Source: Trypanosoma brucei
Lineage: Eukaryota
Direction of reading: 5' to 3'
Assembly: GCA_000002445.1 (NCBI GenBank)
Contig: CM000208.1
Span: 352,001 to 416,000, forward strand
DNA length: 64,000 bases
The translations under genes and the position numbers were made by a program. Below, piece after piece: positions 22,201 through 31,000 of the stretch. How positions within the stretch are numbered: position 1 is the first letter of the stretch; each line of letters opens with the position of its first letter. The notes under the pieces are model-generated. The model worked only from the letters and a program-made list of their open reading frames with translations. It did not search any database and was not told where the DNA came from.

Positions 22201-22760
22201 TATCCCACCTTAGTCAGTAACCTTTACCAAACCCCCAAGGAACAGGAATTTTTTAAAAGCTAATGTATATATATGTATGTACCTGCGCCTTGTGAATTAA
22301 TTCTCAGCGCAGGGGTGTTGCAGCAGTGGCAGTGCAACAACAGAAGAAAAGGGATTCAACAGAAGAGGGGGTAAATCACGGGGCGCATATCCCGCTAAGA
22401 GCGTCAGTAAATGAATGGCAACGTCGCTGTGGCCCGTCCCACAGGAGTCGGAGCCGTGATTAGTTATATAAGCGCAAGCTCCTTTCTAATGTCGGCGGCG
22501 GCCAGTTGCACCTGTTACCATTTGACGGGGAAGGTAAAGCACCGCAAGCACACACAGACGTGAGTATCAGAAAGGTGGAAGGTGGATGGAGAAAAATGTG
22601 TTAGGCAAAATAACTCGCTGACACATAACCAGTGCAACGTTATGTAACAGACTTTTCCCCGGCCACTCCTAGAACAACAGCGCACTGTGAACGGATAGAG
22701 AAGGAACTTGAACGCTAAGTGGGCCCCACGGCATCCGTGTTCGCACCTACACCTATACCT

Positions 22761-22792
<32 letters not shown>

Positions 22793-22936
22793 GCTACAAG
22801 ATCATCGCAACGAAAAATAATAGCATACGCAGAATCTGCTGGAGTAATCATCACCATCCTATGACACCACGTTCATCCATCTCCTCCCTAACGCATTGAC
22901 AGTTATATCGAAAAGCCGACAAACACCCGCGGAAAT

Positions 22937-23584
22937 TTACTTGTTGTACGGCAGACGGGGTCGCTTGCCATAACCATCAGTCTTCACGTAGCGTGCGCCA
23001 AACGAGAATTGTTTTGGTCTCCGCCCATACGCATGACCATTCTGCTGCCGCTCTCGCACAAGTTTTTCCTGCGCGTAAAAGTGCCGCCAGTCGTGCGGTC
23101 GGTGTTGAAACGGTTTTGTGTGGTTATCTGACACGTTTTGTATGAACCAGTCGTTGAACTCCCAACACGCCTCACTCATTGCCCGCCGTAGGTGTCCAAC
23201 CCGCCCAAGACATGAATCCAGAGCCCGACTCTCTCGCTCGCAGGTCTCTTTTCCCGCCTTCGCCATACACAACCGAAGTGCCATCGTCTCGGATTGGCAC
23301 ATCGTCAACTGTTCCTCTCCACTGAGGCCAATGAGTTTCGCTTGTGTGAATACCGGTGAGCCGCTGTGGGACGGGGAGGAATCAATCTCACCGCGACCCG
23401 CACGCCTTACGCCCAAATTGTCAAAAGTTGTACCACGTCCAAAGTTAATAAGATTCGTCGGGTTGATGTAATCGTAGGCGTTTGTGGGTTTCAAACCATA
23501 TTGGTTCACACCGCTGTCATGCTGTCGACTCTTAAAAACAACGGGGGTGAGACGGTATGCAAAGAATATGTCGGACGACTTCAT
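22937..23584 (-). CDS. Twin Cx9C (CHCH-type) protein, likely mitochondrial intermembrane-space
   Basis: 215-aa ORF with an ATG start. It contains C-QSETMALRL-C and C-ERESRALDS-C (two Cx9C spacings) followed by CWEF. Confidence 0.5.
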   Translation of the reverse strand: MKSSDIFFAYRLTPVVFKSRQHDSGVNQYGLKPTNAYDYINPTNLINFGRGTTFDNLGVRRAGRGEIDSSPSHSGSPVFTQAKLIGLSGEEQLTMCQSETMALRLCMAKAGKETCERESRALDSCLGRVGHLRRAMSEACWEFNDWFIQNVSDNHTKPFQHRPHDWRHFYAQEKLVRERQQNGHAYGRRPKQFSFGARYVKTDGYGKRPRLPYNK

Positions 23585-25002
23585 GGAGTTTATTCGCTAG
23601 CTATATCCACCTCTAGTGCACTCGTACGGCACACGCATACACACACAAAGGCAATCGCGTTTCTTTGGCTTATTTTGCTTCGCTACCCCTCCACTCTGAA
23701 AAAAAAAATATTCCACCTTCCTTGCGACACAGCTTCCTGTATCTCCAAGTGCTTTCCCTTTTCCACTGCTACAGCCACTTACACCTGATCTGTGAAAAAG
23801 AGAAAAAAAAACTACAACACTAATCCAGAGCCCCGTGGCGCAACAAGTCCGTGCGGTTAGAAGAAAATAAAGAAATGGGTGAAGGGAAAAGTCAATAACT
23901 CTTGAACACCTTTGGAGTCCGAATTGCGCAACAAACATTAACCGGGTTTCTATCCTTCCCCCCCCCCCCCCCTCAATGCATATAGCGGGGGGAGTTCGGA
24001 GTCTCCTTAAACAAGCAAAGTAACTGAATGCCACTGAAATTATCCATAATAGGGGCAAATGTTCATATATGAGAGAAGCAATTAAAAAAGGCACAATAGA
24101 AAGCGCAATAAACGAGAAGACACGTTGCCGCAAGAACACCCCGCTGACACGAAACCAAACGGCAACTATACATCCAACCAGTGTGAAACCACACCAGATC
24201 AGATATATATGTCTACAGATACACAACAACACAAGTTGGGTACAAGTCCTTCAATTTCTCTCTGCCGTTGTGAAAGGTCAGTCCGCATATTTCATTATAA
24301 CAGCAACGTCGGTCGCGTCGTCACGTGGAAGGGATGGTCCGTGTGGTAGAAAGTAGGAAACCATGACCCGCAACCGCGGGAAAGGAAGTGCAGAAAACAA
24401 CCCATAATAACAACGTCTGCCACCGCTTGCTTATGAAAATGGAACCCACGGTAATAATAATAATAATAATAATATTGAATTTCGACCGTCTCAACCATGT
24501 TTCTTCTACATATAAACCACAAGGACACTCAACAGCAAATGGCAACACGCGCATCGCAACAAACCACCGTTTCATTACCACATAAGTAAAGGCAATAGGA
24601 GCTGTACACAGTAGTACCACGTCAAGTAGCAGCAACAGCAAAAAAAAAAAGCAGTAGGACCCTAACGGACAGAACGAGGGTGCGGGTTGCACTCCGGTCC
24701 AAAGGAGGAGTGCGTCATTTTTATCCTGAATTCAAAAATGGTACAAAAGACGGAGTGAATCATGGCCCGATTCTCACAACGCCTTTGCTAACTGGTAACA
24801 TGCTCAGCGACTTTTTCGCACTCCTTCACAATACTACGAGGATTTCAGGATTTAAAAAAATTGATGCTCCCTGCACCTCAGGCTTCCCTACTGGTCGTGC
24901 CATCACAACCCGTCCCGCACCACTTTGCAATACGCTCGAGTGCTCTTCACTAAAACGAGATTATTCTGTTGCGAGAAGCTTCTATTGAAAAATAAACATT
25001 GA

Positions 25003-28000
25003 TCATCTGGCATCCGTGCTTTCATCCCCTCCCCCACTAACACGTTCTTTAGGAGTAGCAGCTGATGAGAAATTCAGTACGGCTTCCGGATTTGTACTGG
25101 AGTTCGGTGAAACCTCCGCATTCGCAGGGTCCCGGGATCCCGACCCCGTGCTGTCAGTGCTAGGCTCCCGCACCACCCGCGAGAGGCGACCGAGTCGGAG
25201 TAACAAGTTATGCATTATATTGTTCAACAATAATTCCCTCTGATCCACCGGCGCCAAGGCTTTCGAGCCAAGTTGTGCGTTCCTTGCTTCTTGCACGACA
25301 TGTACAATAGCGGTCTTCATCTCGCTGTACAACGACTCCACCTGAGCCTCTCTTTCCTCTAGGAGCAGAGATTTCTGTGCCACAATGTTTCGCAGCCGTG
25401 CAATCGACTTCTGGCTCGCTGACCCTTGCGTTTTTTGGGAGTCGCAACATCCGGCAGGTGCTGAAGTTAGGGAACAAGTTTCTCGCGTACCACATTCTCT
25501 CTGTGGAGTGTACGGCACACTCGGGGATTTTTGTACACTACATTCATCGCTGCAGCTCCGCAGAAATTTGAGTCCCGTTTCATGCAGATACCCCCGCTCC
25601 TGTGCAAGGAGCTCCTGGTATTCGCGCAGCTGAAGCCGGACAGCCCTGATCTGCTCGTGGTTGCTTGTCCTCTCCACCTGCAACATACTTATCGTGTCCC
25701 GCATGGCGTTTTGCTGAGCCTCCGCCTCTTCTAAGGTGTGGCGCCACTTGCTGAGCTCCTCCCGTGCACCATTCAGCGTTTCCTGGGCAGCTTGTATTTC
25801 ACTTTCATAGGACTCCCGCTGCCACTGTATCTCATTTTGCAGCCGTTCCTTCTGTTGATTACACCTCTCGAGATTTTGCTTGATCCGTTCGGTCTCTTGG
25901 GCGGCACCCACTTGCTCCCGAACCAACTGCTCCCTATCGGCAACCAGTCCGTCGTGAGCCTCCTGCAGTTGCTTGACCTCAAGCTGTAGCGCCTCCACTT
26001 GCTCATTGAGCTGCTGAACGCGGCGGTTGTGCATTTGTTCTGCATTTTGAGTTGTATCGGCCGCTTGACGAAGGCGCTCCTTCAGTTCGTCGCAACACCC
26101 CTGAAGTTCACAATTCTTCCGTCGTACGTGATCTACCTCTTCTTGTAGAGCTGCTTTACGTGGTTCGAGAGCAGCAATACGCATTTCGGCAGCCCGCAGA
26201 GCTGCGGCGGCTTCCTCGACCTGAAGGGTGCTCGAAGATTCCAACTCACATAACTTTCCATTTAAGCGTTGGGCATCACTTTCTTGCTGTGTTGCTCGCA
26301 TACGCAACCGCTCCAACTCGGTTTCAGCAACGGCCAACTGCGCCTTCAACGAATCCAATTGGGCCTGTTGCTCTTTGCAGGATTCTCCCAACTTCGTGTT
26401 GGCTTCCCGTAGCTCCTCCACAGTTGCAGTGAGGGCGTCTGCCTGTCGACGGGAGGCTTCTTCAGCTGTACGGTTTCTCTGGGTCAACAACTGTACTTCC
26501 TGCGTGGCATCAAGCAGCTGAGACTCCAGGGAGTCCCGTTCCGTTTCGGCACGCTCAAGACGGGGAATAACGCGATCAAGACTTGACTTGGTTGACCGCA
26601 GCTGTTTCTCCAAGTCTTCGCGCGAACACTTGCACTGGTCAACCTCCTCCAATGCTGCTGCGAGTTTCTGCTCCGTTAGTTCGAGTAGTTCACGAGAGGT
26701 GTGCGTCTTTTCCCTCAGCGCCTCCTGAAGCCGAACAACCTCCCGTCGCTGTTCGTCCTCAACATCTGCTGCTGTTTTCTTCAGTTCGGAAAATAGGTGC
26801 AGGACGTTTGCGTTCTCAGTTTTCACGAGTTCCATCTTGTGTAAAGAGTTTGCATACTCGACCTTGACCACCTCCATCTCATGCTGTGTGGCGTCAAGTT
26901 TTTCATGTAACTTTCTTATAACCTTGCTGTGCTCCTCCTTATTGGAACAAAGTTCAGACTCAACTCTTTCTGAAGAGGCTTTGAATGTAGCAACTTCCTG
27001 CTGAAGTTCAGTAATTTGACGTAGCAGACCTTGTCGCTCCACCTCCGCACCCTCAACAACGGCCATGAACTCTTCGCACTGCCGCTCACCCTCGATCATA
27101 GCATCACTGGCTGCTCGCTCAATAACATCGCAACGACTAAGCAATTTACGTTGGAAGTTTACGTGGTGCCGTACAAGGTATTCATGCGCGTCCAAAACAG
27201 CCCTAAACAGATATTCCACAACGAGAGGTATTGTCAGCACCTTCTCGGCAAAGAGGTCTTCGACAACGTTATGCTTCAGCGTGGTATGATCCAGCTCCGC
27301 AGTGTGTACCTCTTTCTCAGAGCCTCCATTCTCGCTGTGCAAACGTGACTGTTCTTCCCTTTGCAGTTCAACACGATTTCTCGTCACATCCGGCAACGTT
27401 TGACAATCCTCAACGCGCAACTCGGCTTCATTACTATCATCAAGTGGAACCACGCCATCATCTACCTGGCAACTCTTGTTGCATTTAGACTGCTTGCGGC
27501 AGATCACCAAGTTACCCATGCCGATATCATCGGGAATGTCCCCACTAAAATTACAGTACGATAAACCATTTAAGTTCCCATAATCAACCCTTTCACCATT
27601 TTCTCGATCCTCGGTCATATCAACAAAAGACCGACACACAACGCCGATTGCTTCCGGGGAATCAGTTTGCACCCGCGAGGACACCTTTTCAGAACCCTTC
27701 AATACATCGACACAGTGACTACCATTTCCGACAACCTCCCTATGAGAAATGCAGCATTCCGCTTCTTTAGCACCGCAGTCAGCGGTCTCTAGATTTATAC
27801 AAGGTAAACAACTATCTGCACCCAAAAGCGATCTAACACTACCAACACTACTTGAAGTAGAAGCAACAAAAACAGTAACACCACAATATCCACGAGTTCC
27901 ACCTGCCTCCTGTGTCACATTAGCTAATTCTACTTGCTGCCTTTCTTCCAGTTCACGAAGTTCTTCCTTTAACTGATCGTTACAAGCTTGGAGAGCATTA

Positions 28001-31000
28001 AGGCGTTCAAGAATGGCATCATCCGACTCGTTACCTGTGCGGCACGTTTCAAGTTCTTCAAGAAACTTCGCCTCCTGCTCAGCCTTGTATTCCTCCAATT
28101 TCTGTCTGAGAAGTTCATCATGCTCAGCGATACGGTCAGCTGCTTCCTGTGTCACATTAGCTAATTCTACTTGCTGCCTTTCTTCCAGTTCACGAAGTTC
28201 TTCCTTTAACTGATCGTTACAAGCTTGGAGAGTATTAAGGCGTTCAAGAATGGCATCATCCGATTCGTTACCTGTGCGGCACGCTTCAAGTTCTTCAAGA
28301 AACTTCGCCTCCTGCTCAGCCTTGTATTCCTCCAATTTCTGTCTGAGAAGTTCATCATGCTCAGCGATACGGTCAGCTGCTTCCTGTGTCACATTAGCTA
28401 ATTCTACTTGCTGCCTTTCTTCCAGTTCACGAAGTTCTTCCTTTAACTGATCGTTACAAGCTTGGAGAGTATTAAGGCGTTCAAGAATGGCATCATCCGA
28501 CTCGTTACCTGTGCGGCACGCTTCAAGTTCTTCAAGAAACTTCGCCTCCTGCTCAGCCTTGTATTCCTCCAATTTCTGTCTGAGAAGTTCATCATGCTCA
28601 GCGATACGGTCAGCTGCTTCCTGTGTCACATTAGCTAATTCTACTTGCTGCCTTTCTTCCAGTTCACGAAGTTCTTCCTTTAACTGATCGTTACAAGCTT
28701 GGAGAGTATTAAGGCGTTCAAGAATGGCATCATCCGATTCGTTACCTGTGCGGCACGCTTCAAGTTCTTCAAGAAACTTCGCCTCCTGCTCAGCCTTGTA
28801 TTCCTCCAATTTCTGTCTGAGAAGTTCATCATGCTCAGCGATACGGTCAGCTGCTTCCTGTGTCACATTAGCTAATTCTACTTGCTGCCTTTCTTCCAGT
28901 TCACGAAGTTCTTCCTTTAACTGATCGTTACAAGCTTGGAGAGCATTAAGGCGTTCAAGAATGGCATCATCCGATTCGTTACCTGTGCGGCACGCTTCAA
29001 GTTCTTCAAGAAACTTCGCCTCCTGCTCAGCCTTGTATTCCTCCAATTTCTGTCTGAGAAGTTCATCATGCTCAGCGATACGGTCAGCTGCTTCCTGTGT
29101 CACATTAGCTAATTCTACTTGCTGCCTTTCTTCCAGTTCACGAAGTTCTTCCTTTAACTGATCGTTACAAGCTTGGAGAGTATTAAGGCGTTCAAGAATG
29201 GCATCATCCGATTCGTTACCTGTGCGGCACGCTTCAAGTTCTTCAAGAAACTTCGCCTCCTGCTCAGCCTTGTATTCCTCCAATTTCTGTCTGAGAAGTT
29301 CATCATGCTCAGCGATACGGTCAGCTGCTTCCTGTGTCACATTAGCTAATTCTACTTGCTGCCTTTCTTCCAGTTCACGAAGTTCTTCCTTTAACTGATC
29401 GTTACAAGCTTGGAGAGTATTAAGGCGTTCAAGAATGGCATCATCCGACTCGTTACCTGTGCGGCACGTTTCAAGTTCTTCAAGAAACTTCGCCTCCTGC
29501 TCAGCCTTGTATTCCTCCAATTTCTGTCTGAGAAGTTCATCATGCTCAGCGATACGGTCAGCTGCTTCCTGTGTCACATTAGCTAATTCTACTTGCTGCC
29601 TTTCTTCCAGTTCACGAAGTTCTTCCTTTAACTGATCGTTACAAGCTTGGAGAGTATTAAGGCGTTCAAGAATGGCATCATCCGATTCGTTACCTGTGCG
29701 GCACGCTTCAAGTTCTTCAAGAAACTTCGCCTCCTGCTCAGCCTTGTATTCCTCCAATTTCTGTCTGAGAAGTTCATCATGCTCAGCGATACGGTCAGCT
29801 GCTTCCTGTGTCACATTAGCTAATTCTACTTGCTGCCTTTCTTCCAGTTCACGAAGTTCTTCCTTTAACTGATCGTTACAAGCTTGGAGAGCATTAAGGC
29901 GTTCAAGAATGGCATCATCCGACTCGTTACCTGTGCGGCACGCTTCAAGTTCTTCAAGAAACTTCGCCTCCTGCTCAGCCTTGTATTCCTCCAATTTCTG
30001 TCTGAGAAGTTCATCATGCTCAGCGATACGGTCAGCTGCTTCCTGTGTCACATTAGCTAATTCTACTTGCTGCCTTTCTTCCAGTTCACGAAGTTCTTCC
30101 TTTAACTGATCGTTACAAGCTTGGAGAGCATTAAGGCGTTCAAGAATGGCATCATCCGATTCGTTACCTGTGCGGCACGCTTCAAGTTCTTCAAGAAACT
30201 TCGCCTCCTGCTCAGCCTTGTATTCCTCCAATTTCTGTCTGAGAAGTTCATCATGCTCAGCGATACGGTCAGCTGCTTCCTGTGTCACATTAGCTAATTC
30301 TACTTGCTGCCTTTCTTCCAGTTCACGAAGTTCTTCCTTTAACTGATCGTTACAAGCTTGGAGAGTATTAAGGCGTTCAAGAATGGCATCATCCGACTCG
30401 TTACCTGTGCGGCACGCTTCAAGTTCTTCAAGAAACTTCGCCTCCTGCTCAGCCTTGTATTCCTCCAATTTCTGTCTGAGAAGTTCATCATGCTCAGCGA
30501 TACGGTCAGCTGCTTCCTGTGTCACATTAGCTAATTCTACTTGCTGCCTTTCTTCCAGTTCACGAAGTTCTTCCTTTAACTGATCGTTACAAGCTTGGAG
30601 AGTATTAAGGCGTTCAAGAATGGCATCATCCGACTCGTTACCTGTGCGGCACGTTTCAAGTTCTTCAAGAAACTTCGCCTCCTGCTCAGCCTTGTATTCC
30701 TCCAATTTCTGTCTGAGAAGTTCATCATGCTCAGCGATACGGTCAGCTGCTTCCTGTGTCACATTAGCTAATTCTACTTGCTGCCTTTCTTCCAGTTCAC
30801 GAAGTTCTTCCTTTAACTGATCGTTACAAGCTTGGAGAGTATTAAGGCGTTCAAGAATGGCATCATCCGATTCGTTACCTGTGCGGCACGCTTCAAGTTC
30901 TTCAAGAAACTTCGCCTCCTGCTCAGCCTTGTATTCCTCCAATTTCTGTCTGAGAAGTTCATCATGCTCAGCGATACGGTCAGCTGCTTCCTGTGTCACA

